From assembly GCF_009914755.1 (NCBI RefSeq), contig NC_060928.1: DNA of 64,000 bases. One strand, given 5' to 3'. The notes below the pieces were generated by a model that was not told the DNA's origin, did not search any database, and saw only the letters and a program-made list of their open reading frames with translations. The stretch comes from the human T2T-CHM13v2.0 reference genome, Homo sapiens. Positions within the stretch are counted from its first letter, which is position 1; the number at the start of each line of letters is the position of its first letter. This document shows positions 39,728-52,754 of the stretch, in pieces. Both the position numbers and the translations under genes were made by a program.

Positions 39728-39837
39728 GGACCACCAATCGGCAATTAAGGGCTGCACAGCCTGCAATTGCCTTGATCAATTAATTTAAGAAAAAAAAAGA
39801 GGATCTTCTGGATTCAAAGTTGTGTTAGGTTACTCTT

Positions 39838-40166
39838 AAACGCCATCTGGAGGGCAGAGATGAAAATCTCACCCTCGATATTGAGAAACTAAAAGAGCAG
39901 GTTTCTGAAGCCTCTCAGGCTCACTTAGCCCTGCTCCCTGGAACTGATATTTTGAACAAGACAGGCGATGGGTTGTCTACAATCAGTCCTCTTAAATGGA
40001 TTTAGGTCATTGGAAGCTCTACACTTGCAGATTTTGTTATAATAATTACGTGCTTGTACTGTCTCCTTTTGGTCTGCAGATGCGGAAGCTGCTGCTGGAG
40101 AGAAAGCCACGGTCGAGAACAAACAATGATAGCTGTGGTGGTTTTACAAAAAAGAAAAGGGGGCCA
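39838..40166 (+). pseudogene. env: HERV-K env TM C-terminal remnant and PPT (40148-40163)
   Basis: KRHLEGRDENLTLDIEKLKEQVSEASQAHL...CLYCLLLVCRC...VVLQKRKGG; homologous to the HML-2 TM end; one stop. Confidence 0.9.
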
Positions 40167-40543
40167 TGTTGGGAGAAAAGCTGAGTGTTGGGAGAGAAAC
40201 TGAGGCAGGGCTTGCATGTCTGCTAGACTTGCTGCCTCCTTACTTCTAGCACTCCCATTATCTCAAGTAGCCATATGTTTCAAAGAAAATACTAAACCAT
40301 CACAGCTGTAGCTCATTCACTTGATACACCACTTCCTTTCAACCCACACATCCTTACCACCTGTTTCTTTGTTTGATCACCAATAAATAGCGTGGGCTCC
40401 CAGAGCTTGGGGACTTCGCAGCCTCCATACTAGCATTGGCCCCCTGGTCCCACTTTCTCTCTTAACTTGTCTTTTCTCATTCCTTTGACTGTGCTGGACT
40501 TCGTCACACCCACGTCCTGGTGTTGGGTTGGATCACCCCAAAA
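40167..40543 (+). mobile_element. 3' LTR (LTR14A-like)
   Basis: Follows the PPT; AATAAA at 40382; terminal CA mutated to AA; followed by ATTTA. Confidence 0.9.
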
Positions 40544-43500
40544 ATTTACTTGGACCCTCTCTCTTTTTTTCTTAGTCTGGCTAAAGGTTTGTTCAGTTTT
40601 GTTTAACTTTTCAAAACACCAATTTCTTTTTTCATTGATCTTTGTATTGTTATTTTCATTTCAATTTTATTTTTTTCTGATCTTATCTTTATTATTTCTT
40701 TTCTTCTAGTAATTTTGGGTTTGGTTTGATCTTACTTTTCTAGTTCCTTAAGATGCATTATTAGATTATTTGAAGTTTTTCCTCTTTTATGATATGGCAC
40801 TTACAGCTATAAACTTTCCTCTTAGTACTGTTTTGGCTGTATCCCATAGGTTTTAGTTCTTTGTATTTTCATTATCATTTGTTTTAATAAGAAATTTTCA
40901 ATTTCCTTTTGAATTTCTTCATTGACCCACTTGTCATTTAGAAGCATATGGTTTAATTTTCATGTATTTGTATAGTTTTCAAAATTCCTTCTTGTTACTA
41001 ATTTCTAGTTAATTTCCGTTGTGATCAAAGAAGATGCTTGATATTACTGCAATATTTTGAAGGTTTTAAGACTTGTTTTGTGACATAACATATGGTCTAT
41101 CCTTGAGAATAATCCATGTGCTGAGGAAAAGAATGGGTATTCTGCAGCTATTTGATGAAATGTTCTGTAAATATCCATTAGATCCATTTGGCCTATAGTG
41201 CAGATTAAGTCTGAGCTTTCTTTGTTGATTCTCTCTCTAGAAGATCTGTCCAATGCATTTATTATTGTACTGAGGCTTATCTCTCTCTTTAGCACAATCA
41301 TATTTGCATTGTGTATCTGAGTGCTCCAGTGTTGGTGCATATGTATTTAAAATTGTTATATCCTCTTTCTGTATTGACCCTTTTATCATTATACAGTGAA
41401 CTTCTTTGTCTCCTCTTGTACTTTTCGTCTTAAAGTCTATGTTCTCTGATATAAATATAGTGACTCTTACTCCTTTCTGTTTTCCATTGTTATGGAATAT
41501 TTTTCAATTCCTTTATTTTCAGTTTATGTGTTTCTTTATAGGTAAACTCTTTCTTGTGGGCAACAAATCAAGGGGTCTTCTTTTTTCCTCCTTTCAGCCA
41601 GCCTGTCTTTTGATTGGAGAATTTTGTCCATTTACTTTCAATCTTATTATTGATAAGTAAGGACTTACTCAAGCTATTTTGTTACTTGTTTTCTGGTCAT
41701 TTTGTGGTCTCCTCCTCCTTCTTTCTCTCCTCCTGTCTTCCTTTACTGAAGATGATTTTCTCTGGTGATATGATTTAGCTCTTTGCTTTTTATTTTCTGT
41801 GTCTCCATTGTATGTTATTTGGTTTCAGTTTACCATGAGGTTTATAAATACTATCTTATAACACATTATTTTAAGCTGATAACAACTTAACACTGTTTGC
41901 ATAAACAAGCAAATAAGCATGCAAAAAGAAAACTAGTAAAAAAACTTCTTGCCTTAACTTTGTCCCCTCACTTTTTAACTTTTTGTTGTTTCTATTTATA
42001 TCTGTTGTACTATGTCTTGAAAATTTATTGTACTTTTTTTTTATTGGTTCAACATTTAGTCTTTCTACTATGGATAAGAGTAGCTTACACACCACAGTTA
42101 CAGTGTTATGGTATTCCATGGTTTTCTGTGTACTTACTATTACAAATAAGTTTTGTATTTTAAGTGATATTATTCCTCATTAATATACTTTTCTTTCTGA
42201 TTGAAGTACCCCCTTTAGCATTTCTTGTAGGACAAGTCTGGTATTGATTAAATCCATCAGCTTTTATTTGTCTGCAAAATTCTTTGTTTTTCCTTCATGG
42301 TTGAAGGACATTTTTTCTTGATCTACTATTCTAGGGTAAAAGTTGTTTTTTTTTTTTCTTCAGCACTTTAAATATGTCATGCCACTTTCTCATAGATTGT
42401 AAGGTTTTCACTGAAAAGTCTGCTGCCAAATGTATTGGAGCTTCTTTACATGTTATTTAATTTTTTTTCTCCTTCTGCTTTTAGAATCCTTTTATTATCC
42501 CTGACCTTTGAGAGTTTGCTTATTAAATGTCTTGAGGTAGTCTTGTTTGATTTAAATCTGCTTGGTGTTCTGTAACCTCCTTGTACTTGGATATTGATAA
42601 CTTTCTCTAGGTTTGGGAAGTTCTGTTATTATTATCCCTTTGAATAAACTTTCTATCCCATCTCATTTTCTATCTCCTCTTTAAGGTCAATAGCTTTTAG
42701 ATTTGTCCTTTTGAGGCTATTTTCTAGACCCTGTAGAAGTGCTTCATTGGTTTTTTTTTTTCTTTTGTCTCCTCTGACTGTGTATTTTCAGTTAACCAAT
42801 CTTCAAGATCACTAATTCTTTCTTCTGCTTGATCAATTCTGCTATTAAAGGACTCTGATACATTCTTCAGTACACCAATTATATTTTTCAGCCCCAGAAT
42901 TTCTGCTTGATTCTTTTAAATTATTTCAATGTCTTTGTTAAATTTAACTGATAGAATTCTGAATTTCTTTTGTGTTTTCTTGAATTTATTTGAGTTTCCT
43001 CAACATAGCTATTTTGAATTCTCTGTCTGAAAAATCACATATCTCTGTTTCTCCAGGATTGGTTGTTATTGCCTCATTTAGTTCACTTGATGGGGTCATG
43101 TTTTTCTGGATGGTGTTGATGCTAGTAGATGTTCTTTGGCATCTAAGCATTGAAGAGTTAGGTATTTATTGTAGTATTCACTGTATGGGCATATTTGTAA
43201 CCATTGCTTGGGAAGGCTTTCAGATATCTGAAACAACTTGGGTGTTGTGTTCTTAGCTATATCTGCTTTAGGGGACACCTCAAGCCCAGCAATACTGTGG
43301 TTCTTTAAGCTGTGATAGTCTTGAGATACTGCCTTGATGGTTTTGCACAAGATTCAGCTGAATTCTCTCGATTACCAAACAGACCCTCTTGTTATCTTCT
43401 CTTACATTCTCCCAAACAAACAGACTCTTTCCCTCTCTTTTGAGCCACATAAAGCTGGGGGTGGAGGGACACAAGCACTCCTGTGGCCACTACCACCATG

Positions 43501-45112
43501 ACTATGCTGGGTGAGACCTGAAGACAGCACATCACTGAGTCTCACCCAAGGTCTGCTGTCATCACTTCCTGCCTACTACCTATGTTCATTCAAGGCCCTG
43601 GGACTCTACAATCAGCCAGTGGCAAAGCCAGCCAGGCCTGTATTCTTCTGTTTAGGGCAACAAGGTCCCTCAGGCCCCAGGTGGGTCCAGAGGTGTCATC
43701 CAAGAGATAGGGACTAGGGTCAAAAACTTTAAAAGTCTACCTGGTATTCTATTGTACTGCAGCTGAGCTGGAACTCAGACCACAAGTCACTGTACTTCCT
43801 ACTCTCCCTTCCCTTTTTGAAATGCAGAAGAGTCTCAACCAGGCCAAGAGGAGTACTGCCAGACCACCACAATATTCCCTTAAGGTCCAAGGACTCTTAA
43901 GTCAGCTTGTAGTGCATGCTGCCTGGCTTGCCGCTCACTCTTCAGGGCAATAGGCACTCCTCTGGTTCAGAGAAGGTCCAGAAATGCTATCACAGAATCA
44001 AGTCCTGGTATCAGCGACCTCAAGAGTCTGTTGATCGCTGTACTCCCTTGTGGCTGTGCTGGTATCTAAGGTGCAAGACAAACTTCCCTTTCCTTTTCCC
44101 TCTCCTTTTCTTAAGCAGAAGCTTTGCCTCATAGTCAACACAGCTGACAATGTATTGAGTTTCACCTGAAGCCAGCAAGTCTCAAGCTCAACAAAAGCCC
44201 CCCATGTAATACCTGGGTATTTCTGCTGATTATTCATGGCCCAAGGACTTGCCAATTAGCAGGTAATGAATGCTGCTATGCTTGGGTCCTTTTCTTCAAG
44301 GCTGTGGGTTTCCTTCTGGCCCAGGGTGTTTAGCTAAGACCCAGAATGGTGGCCTCAGGACTCTGACTGGTGCCCTATCCTGTTGTGGCTGACCTGGTAT
44401 CCAAGATGCAAGACAAAGTCCTTCCCACTCTTCCCTCTCCTCTTTTAAAGGGGAAGCAAGAGGTCTTTTTTGAAACTAGTGGATGTGCAGCCTGTGTTTA
44501 GTGGAGGGGCTCATGCCAGCACTCCCTTAGCATCCCCAGCCAGCATCTTCGTATGTCATGGGCTCTTATCATCTATTGTCTCTGGGTCTAGTTCAGCACT
44601 AGGACATGGCCTAAGAATTGCAGTCCTAATGGTCTAGACTGCCTTTCAAGTTTACTTGGGGACAGAGCACTGTAGCCCTAGGTGGTAAGGTTTGTGGGAA
44701 CTCAAGTTATGACCACTGGGATCCATGATTCCCTTCTGGCTAGGGCTGTTTCTGGGTAGGTTTTAGCTGAGTTTGGTTCATTTTTTCTTTCTGCTGTAAT
44801 AGGACAGTACTGAGTTCAATGCCTCACAATTGCTGTTTTTTCCCTCCTGCAGCATGCAGAGACTATACACAACACACAGTTGCTGCTAAGGTGTCAGGGA
44901 GAGGTTCATGTCAGTGATTCAGGATTGTTTTTTCCATCTTTTCGTGGCTCTTTCAATGATACAAAGTTGAAACTAGGTACCATGAAGGCTCATCTAGATT
45001 TGTTTTTTATGAATGTATTTTTTTTTCTGTGTAGATAGTTGTTAAATTGGTGTCTTTGTGGGGTGGGGAAAACTAGAGCATTCTATCCTGCCATCTTCCT
45101 CTGCCTTTCTCC

Positions 45113-46420
45113 TGCATGTTGATTTTTGTATCCTGTATTTTCTAAAAATTATTTCTAACAGATTTTTGGTTAAGTCCTGATAATTTTCTGTATATAAGAT
45201 TATGTCATCTCAAAACAGAAACAATTTAACTATTTAAAAGATACATTTGGATGATTTTTAATTCTATTTCTTGCCTAATTGCTCTGGATAGGATTTCCAG
45301 TACTCTGTTAACAGAAGTCATGGTGAGAGCAGGCACTCTTGTCTTGTTCCTTATCTCAGAGGAAAAGCTTTCAACTTTTCATAGTTGGACATGGTATTAA
45401 TAGCAAATTTGTCATAAATGGCCTTTGTTATGTTGAGGTACATTTCTTGTCTACCTTATCTTCTGAGAGTTTTTATTATGAAACCATCTTAAATTTTGTC
45501 AAATGATTTCTCAGCATCTATTAAGATGATTATATAATTCACACTCCTTATGCTATTAATGTAGTATATGACATTTGTTGATTTGACATTGTTGAATCAT
45601 CCTTGCATCCCATGGATCATTAGGAATATTGGTGTGTAATTTTCTTTTTGTATAGTGTACTTATCTCACTTTGGTATGAGGGTAATCCTGGCCCCATAAA
45701 ATGAATTTAGAAGGGTTCCTATGCTGCAAATTTTAGGAAGAGTTTGAGAAAAATTTGTACTAACTATTCTTTAAATGTGTGGTAGAATTCACCCATGAAG
45801 CCATCTGGTTCTTGGCTTTTCTTGGTTGGTAGGTTTTTTATTCTATATCTATCTCCTTACTTATTTTTCTGTTTAGGTTTGCTATTTTGTTGCGATTCAG
45901 TCTTGATGTATTGCATGCTTCTAGGAATTTATCGATTTCCTCTAGGTTATCCAATTTGTTGGCATGTAATTGTTTATAATTGTCTCTTATAATCCTTTGC
46001 ATTTCTGTGGCGTCTGTTGTATTATCTCCTCTTTTATTATATTTTTATTTGAGTTTTCTGTATTTATCTTGTATTTATCTTCCTTAGTCTAGCTAAATGT
46101 TTGTAAATTTCATTCATGGTTTTAAAAATAAACTCTTAGTTTCATTGATATTTTTACTTTTTCTAGTCTTTATTTATTTCTGCTCTAATCACTATTTTAT
46201 TTTTTTCTGCTAACTTTAGGCTTAGTTTGTTTTTCTTTTTATAATCCCCTTAGGTTAAAGTTAGGTTGTGTATTTGAGATTTTTTTTTAATGTAGGCATT
46301 TATCTCTATAAATTTTAACCTTACAACTTCTTTTGCTGCATCCCATAAACTTTGATATATTGTGTTTCCATTTTTGTTTGTCTCAAGATACATTTTGGTT
46401 TCTCTTTTGATTCCAGAAAT
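45113..46420 (-). mobile_element. Continuation of the outer L1MA ORF2
   Basis: Resumes exactly after the TSD ('gatttttgtatcctg'); ORF 46250-46441 'YLETNKNGNTIYQSLWDAAKEVVRLKFIEINAYIKK'. Confidence 0.85.
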
Positions 46421-46789
46421 GTATTTTTTTAAATATCTCATGAGTTAGATAATAACTGATAATTTATCATTTTAGCTTAATGATATTTTAACTATAATTC
46501 TTTTTAAAATTAGTTTTGAAGATCATTAATATGAAAAAAGAAAAATACAAATTAGTTGTCAAAGAGTATATACATAATAAAGAATATATACCTATATAGT
46601 ATGTACACATATATAAACACACACATATATTAATTAAAAGAATAGTAATAAAGACCTTGAAATTAAGAATACAATTATTTGTAAGCCACTGTGTTTTAGA
46701 AAAAATCGTTAACAGAAACTGCATAGTCACGTCTCTGCTACTGGGCATATGTATGCTTAGCATTAATCAGATTGAATTTTACAATGGAT

Positions 46790-47358
46790 TGGTACAGGAA
46801 AGGGATCCTGATTGAGACTCCCAAAAGATGGTACTTGGATCTCATGCAAAAAAAAAAAAAAAAAAAATTGAGGGTGAGTCTTGCGAGTAAAGTGAAAGCA
46901 AGTTTATTAAGGAAGTAAAGGAATAAAAGAATGGCTACTCCATAGACAGAGCAGCCCCAAGGGCTGGTTGCCCGTTTTTATGGGTATTTCTTGATGGTTA
47001 TTTCATGCTAAACAAGTGGTGGATTATTCAGACCTCCTCTTTTTAGGCCATATAGGGTAACTTCCTGACATTGCCTTGGCAGTTGTAAACTGTCATGGCA
47101 CTGGTGGGAGTGTAGCAGTGAGGATGATGAGAGGTCACTCTTAATGCCGTCTTAGTTTTGGTGGGATTTGGCCAGATTCTTTATTGCAATCTGTTTTATC
47201 AGCAAGGTCTTTATGACCTGTATCTTGTGCAGACCTCCTATCTCATCCTGTGACTAAGAATGCCTTAACCTACTGGGAATGAAACCCAGTAGGCCTTCGC
47301 CTTATTTTATCCAGCCCCTCTTCAAGATGGAGTTGCTTTGGTTCAAACACCTCTGACA
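46790..47358 (-). mobile_element. MER41A-like solo LTR
   Basis: 'gtgaaagcaagtttattaagg', 'ccatatagggtaacttcctgac' and terminus 'caagatggagttgctttggttcaaacacctctgaca'; no clear TSD. Confidence 0.88.
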
Positions 47359-47740
47359 TTTTGGCTTAAGGAGCCTAAACAAATGCAGCTAAAAGAAGCC
47401 TTATTTAATTTAACAGCCCTTCAATTTGATGATATATCCCCAAATCATGTGAAAACTTTCAAAATGTCATTACATTCTTATTTTTGTTAGACTAATTTTT
47501 CTTCCTTAATCCAAGCTTATGGGAACAAGAGAACTGACAGTCTTTTAAAAATATTTTTCTAACAATGAGGTAGGTGTAAGTAGCAGCAAATGAACTCAAC
47601 AAAAAATACTACTCTGATATTGGTGAAAAATTTACCATTTAATATTAATATTTCTTCTACTAATTACAAGAAATTAGAGTTAACAGTGTTTTAGAGCCTT
47701 TTCACATATTGGGAACCCAGTGAAGATTTATTGAGTAGGT

Positions 47741-47846
47741 AAAGATGACAATCTAGTTGATCCACAATCTAGTTGATCAACAATCTAAAGATGACAATCT
47801 AGTTGATCCACAATCTAGTTGATCAACAATCTGTTGATCCACAATC
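47741..47846. repeat. Nested tandem repeat (46-bp unit x2, built from 16-bp units)
   Basis: aaagatg-acaatctagttgatcc-acaatctagttgatca-acaatct x2 plus a partial unit. Confidence 0.95.
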
Positions 47847-50800
47847 CCCTTTCTCCCAAAATGAATGGCCACTGGTCACTATAATGGATGTTACTCACAT
47901 GCATAACAATGCTAGAAAAACATTCATATTTTAATGAAGCCAAAATTATTTTTAACAAAATAAAGCTCCTTCATAATCTATATTCAACATAACAATTAAG
48001 TCCTTAAATGAAATCTTTTGTAGGGCTGAGGCTGAAAAAAAGGCAGGTTATAGTGTGCTGAATTCCAAGCACATTATCCATTACTTCATGTCCTTTTCAC
48101 CTACACAGGCGAAAAGATTTAACAATGAAAATGACTGAGTTATTACAAGGATAATATTGAATTTTCTCTAATTCATCAAAGCAGATGAATTATTGTGAAA
48201 AAGTCTATATTTTGATGTTCAATATACTAGGTTTAACTAGTTCTATTATACCATTAGGTTGAACTCTACCATGGAGAAAGCTTAATTGTTTAATCCTGTA
48301 ATGTGAGAAAAAGATGCATGAGCAGTTATAAAAAGTTTGACAAATTTTAAAGGCATATACTACATATATTATTAGTACCATTATTTTAATCTGTGTCTTA
48401 TAAAATATTGAAAAGTAAAGATCATAAATTTATAAACTTCTATTTTATAAGACCTTGTTTACTTAAAAGGTTAATGCCATAGCGGATAATTCTCTTTACA
48501 TACTATACAATAAAGGGCCTTATTCCTCTTTTTTATTATTTTTATTTTTTACGAAAGACCTTTCAGTGTTCAATTTGTTTTTCTTTTCAGTTAATAAAAA
48601 TTAAGGAGAAAATTTTTTGTATTTTTCCTTTGGAAAAGAGACATCATAGTGGTTGTTTATTTATTTATGCAAGCACATGGAAGGTTAGTGAATGAAAATG
48701 GCCCAAATTATTGTCTAACAAGTTTTAGAAAAGGACAAAAACAAAACAGTGAAGAACCTGAGAGATTCTCATTCCACCTAGTAATGACAGAAGGGTAGCA
48801 TTGGCACGTGTACAAACATTTAAACTTTCAGGTTGTCTTTTTTCCAGAAATATAAGATGAAGTTTTTTTTTTTTAAAAACTACACAAATTTCTATTACTT
48901 ATGCCTTTGTATATCCTCTGAACTCCTCCAATTTTAATGGCAATTGTAATCTGTGACTAAAGGAGACAGGCGGATAATCACCCTTGAAAGAGAGCTGTTC
49001 CATACTTAATAGGGATTTGATTCCACTAAGAAGAAGCAGCTTGAGATAGGTGATTGGGGAGATGCGGCAAGTTTTAAGAGTGGGCTTGACAGTGGTAATG
49101 GGAGGTGTTGGACTTCTTTACTGTGTTAGAGAAAAACTTAAGCTATGTATTCTGGTATAATCAAATGGGACATTTTTTGCTCATATTTAGAAACTTTGTT
49201 CAGCGCAGATTTGTAGGTTGTTTTGGGGAAGACTAAGAAAAAGAAATATAGTATTAACAGGTTTGTCTATGTTTCTGCTTCTCTCTGTGTTGGCCTTATT
49301 CTTTCCTAATGTAAGTGGGCTGTCTTAATGTAGGGAGTAACACAACAGAGCCCCTGCTCATATTCTTCCAACTATCAGTCACAGATAAAAAGGGAAGCAG
49401 GTAGTTTGGCCCTTCATGGGCCTTGTGCCCTTATCTTAAATCAGCCACAGAGTCAAGATGTTACTCCTTACGTTAGATCTAATTTGAGACATTTACCACT
49501 TACTTGTGTGACAAAAATAGGACCTTTTCTCAGAAGAGAAAAAGCACAGACCTGAGGACCCTGTAAGCCAGTTACAAAGGCATTACCTAAGAAGAGGTTT
49601 TCTTTCTAAGGGAGCCAAGTTAAAGATTACACAATGTTTCTCTGTTCAAAAAGCACTGAAGATACTGTCAAATAAAAATGCATTGCTACACTATGAGAGA
49701 ACAGCTACATCTGTAAGTCACCCAGATTCTCTACTTCTCATAGCTCAAATTCTCATTAGTTCTCTCCTGGCCTATCTAAATAAACTCCCTAATCAAGTGT
49801 CTCTCTTCTCTTCTCTCACTCTTGTCCATTCTTATATTCTTGGCAGACTCACTCTTGTAAATTACAAAGCCTAACTGGTGTCCTTTTTTCTTTTAAAATA
49901 TGGCCATATCTTAGTGTTCATCTCTCTTTCTTAAAAGCAAGTTATCACTAATCTGTTCTGTGCTTGTTTATGCATTCTTCAGAATTCAGCTCAAATGACA
50001 TCTGATTCAGTATTTCCAAAGCTGGTTGATTAGCGTAACCTGGTTGATTAGCATAACCAATTGGAAGACATATTAAAAGATAAATGTCAGGACTTGCTAC
50101 CACATTCTGATTCCTGGGTCTGGATAATGCCGGGATAACTCTGATGTCCCAGAAATTTTGATAATCAGTGATACAAGTATAGAAGCCTTCCAAAATCCAA
50201 CTCTCCTTCAATCTTTGGTGCTAATTTCTCCACATTTGTAATCCCACAGCACTAAATGTTTGCACCACATCCTCAATGCTCTTATGACAATGGGATAAAA
50301 CCGATTTGAGAAATACTAAAAGGAAACTTTTTCTTACATTGATATTTATCTATTTCAGGGATTAAACTTCCCACCTTAGCAAGTGCCTCTAAAATAGCAG
50401 ATAAATTTCTTAGTTAATGGCAACTTATGTAATTCTGAAACATTATAATACATGAATCATAAGAAATAAACTACTTGTATTTCTTTTTCATTATTTAAAA
50501 ACAATTTGCTCAATATATATTTTTAATTTATAGAAACTAGTTTAACTTTAAACATTGGCATGTACTGAGATAAGTATTTCTGAATAGTAGTTGAGTTATC
50601 TTTAGAAGGTTGGTAAAATATATATATTACATATAGAATTATATATATATAAATATGTAGAGATAGTAATTCAAGAGGGTACTTGTGAGGTTTTAAAAAT
50701 CTGTTCATCGAAATCTTTAAATACATTAAGTTTAAAATTTAGAAAAAAATCTCAGAGTACAGATTTTGTTCAGTTTGAATTATTTTAATGTTATTGTTTT

Positions 50801-51797
50801 TTTCAGAAGAATTTATTATTTTTATTTATTTAGTTAGTTTATTGGGGAGGGTGTTCCTGAAGCCATTAGCCCTTAAAATATCTTCCTAGGCATATACATT
50901 TGTGCACTAACCCTTCTAGCTAAGATATGGAACTATGTGAAAATCTTTTGCTACTGCGTTAACAACTTGAAAAACATGGAGAGGAAAATTCCCATTTTCT
51001 TTAGGCTTAGCAAATAATAATGGATGTAAATAAAATATGAATAAATTATGAATTCTAGAAATGAAAAATAAAATACCTGACATTTTAAAAAGTATTGCAT
51101 GGGGGTAAAAGCACATTGCAGAAAAAAAATCAATAAACTAACATAAAATTTATCTAAATTAAAACAGGAAGAGAGAGGGTAAAAAGAATAAAAAGTGTAA
51201 AGTGAGTATCACTAACCTATAAGAAAATATCAACAAATCTATCTTAAGTGTAATTAAAGGCTTAGAAGAAAAGAATGGGAGAATAAAAAATCTCAACCTA
51301 CTGATGTAACAACAAATACTTAGTGGAAATATAACAAGGAAAACCCCAACAAGGCCATTATAGTTAAATCACTGGAAACCAAAAGAACATGTTAATGGCA
51401 TCCAGGAGAAAAAATACATAGTATGAAGAGGAATAATTATAAGAATGATAATAGTCTTATTATTAAAAAATATGTAAGCCAGAAGGCAGAAAACAACAAA
51501 TTTTAAACATGGAATTTTATATCTATTAAGATTATATTTTAAAAATCAGGACCAAATAAACCTATTTTTAGATAAATGAAAGGTATGAAGGTATATAGCC
51601 AGCAGACATGTACTAAAACAGACACTAAGAAAAATTGTTCAGGGATGAAGAAAAATAATACAAGAAGGAAATGCAAATGTAGAAGAAGGAATAAAGAGTA
51701 CCAGATATGGTAAATATGCAGGCTCGCGTTAAAGACTACTTTGTGTTTTCTTAATTTATTTTATAAAATAATTGTCAGTTTAAATAAATAAAAATAT

Positions 51798-52225
51798 TCA
51801 TATACACAATAGGTTATTATTCAGCCATAAAAAAGAATGAGTTCCTGTCATTTGCAACAACATAGATGAAACTGGAGGACAATATGTTAGGCAAAAATAT
51901 GCCAGGCAGAGAAACACAAGCATGTTCTTATTTATTTGTCGGAGTTAAAAATTAAAACAATTAAACTCATGGAAATAGAGAGCAGAATAATGATTACCAG
52001 AGGCTGGAAAGTGTAATGGGTGGGGTGGGGTGGATGGTTAATGGGTGTAAAAATATAGTTACATAGAATGCATAAGATGTAGTACTTGATAGCACAATAG
52101 GGTGACTACAGTCAACAATAATTTATTGTCGAGTTTTAAATAATGAAAAGGATATAATTGGATTGTTTGTAACACAAAGAAAAGAACAATCCTCGAAGTG
52201 ATGGGAAAAAATAATGAAAAATAAA
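51798..52225 (+). mobile_element. L1MA 3' end (L1MA2/3-like)
   Basis: 'tattcagccataaaaaagaatgagttcctgtcatttgcaacaaca' and 'gatagcacaatagggtgactacagtcaac'; TSD aataaataaaatattc. Confidence 0.8.
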
Positions 52226-52489
52226 TAAATAAATAAAATATTCTATAATGTATTTTGGGTTTTTTTTAATGCATAGGAGAAACAAAACGTGACATCAATA
52301 ATCAAAACAACTGAGTAGTCAATGGAATTATATTGTTGTATGTTTCCTAGATAATATGTAAAGTGGCATAATATTAGTCTCAGGTAGAATTTGATAAGTT
52401 AGGGATGTGCATTACAATTTCAAGACAATACACTTATGACTAAACAATAAAATGAAGATATGATGAAAAACGACAGAAGTGGAGAACAG

Positions 52490-52705
52490 TGTTGTGGATG
52501 GAATTGTGACCACCAAAATTCATATTCATATATTGACGCCCTAAACTCTAAATTGTCTATATTTGGAGAATGGGACCTTAGAAAATGCAATGAAGGTCAA
52601 ATGAGATCATCAGTGGTGTCTTAATCCAATATGACGGGTATACTTATAAGAGGAGGAAGAGATACCAGGGAGACACTGACACAGAGAAGAGGACACATGA
52701 GGACA
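52490..52705 (+). mobile_element. MLT1A-like LTR, 5' half
   Basis: 'gaattgtgaccaccaaaattcata', 'taatccaatatgac' and 'cttataagaggagg'. Confidence 0.7.
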
Positions 52706-52754
52706 TTTAATTCCATTAAATGTAAACGGATTAAGCACTCTAATTTAAAGGCAG

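Larger units (their letters stand above)
36528..40543 (+). mobile_element. HERV-K HML-1 (HERVK14/LTR14A-like) provirus, internally deleted and chimeric
   Basis: Two 377-bp LTRs (about 39 differences by manual count, ~10%), 5-bp TSD ATTTA, Lys PBS, gag/pol/env remnants and PPT; host L1 text is continuous across the insertion. Confidence 0.92.
33553..45112 (-). mobile_element. Near full-length L1MA1/2-like element (about 7.5 kb excluding the inserted provirus)
   Basis: 3' UTR at about 33580; ORF2 endonuclease remnant 41044-41340 ('DIYRTFH...YPFFSSAHGLFSRIDHML'); ORF1; GC-richer 5' UTR ending 'ccatcttcctctgcctttctcc'; TSD tgcatattcattt / tgcatgttgattt. Confidence 0.88.

Noticed and set aside
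38890-39840. Captured cellular mRNA inside the HERV-K14 provirus
   Set aside because: Nearly all of the segment translates or aligns as retroviral (betaretroviral and MER41) sequence; only about 35 bp is unassigned.
43500-44760. GC-richer region with internal repeats as a cellular promoter or SVA/LAVA element
   Set aside because: It lies at the 5' end of the L1MA1/2 inside its TSDs and fits an old L1 5' UTR; no hexamer repeat or VNTR.
46790-47358. Interferon-inducible (STAT1/GAS) MER41 enhancer
   Set aside because: I found no TTCNNNGAA in this copy, and it looks like MER41A rather than the GAS-bearing MER41B type.
47741-47846. CRISPR-like repeat array
   Set aside because: No unique spacers, eukaryotic context, and fully explained by nested tandem duplication.
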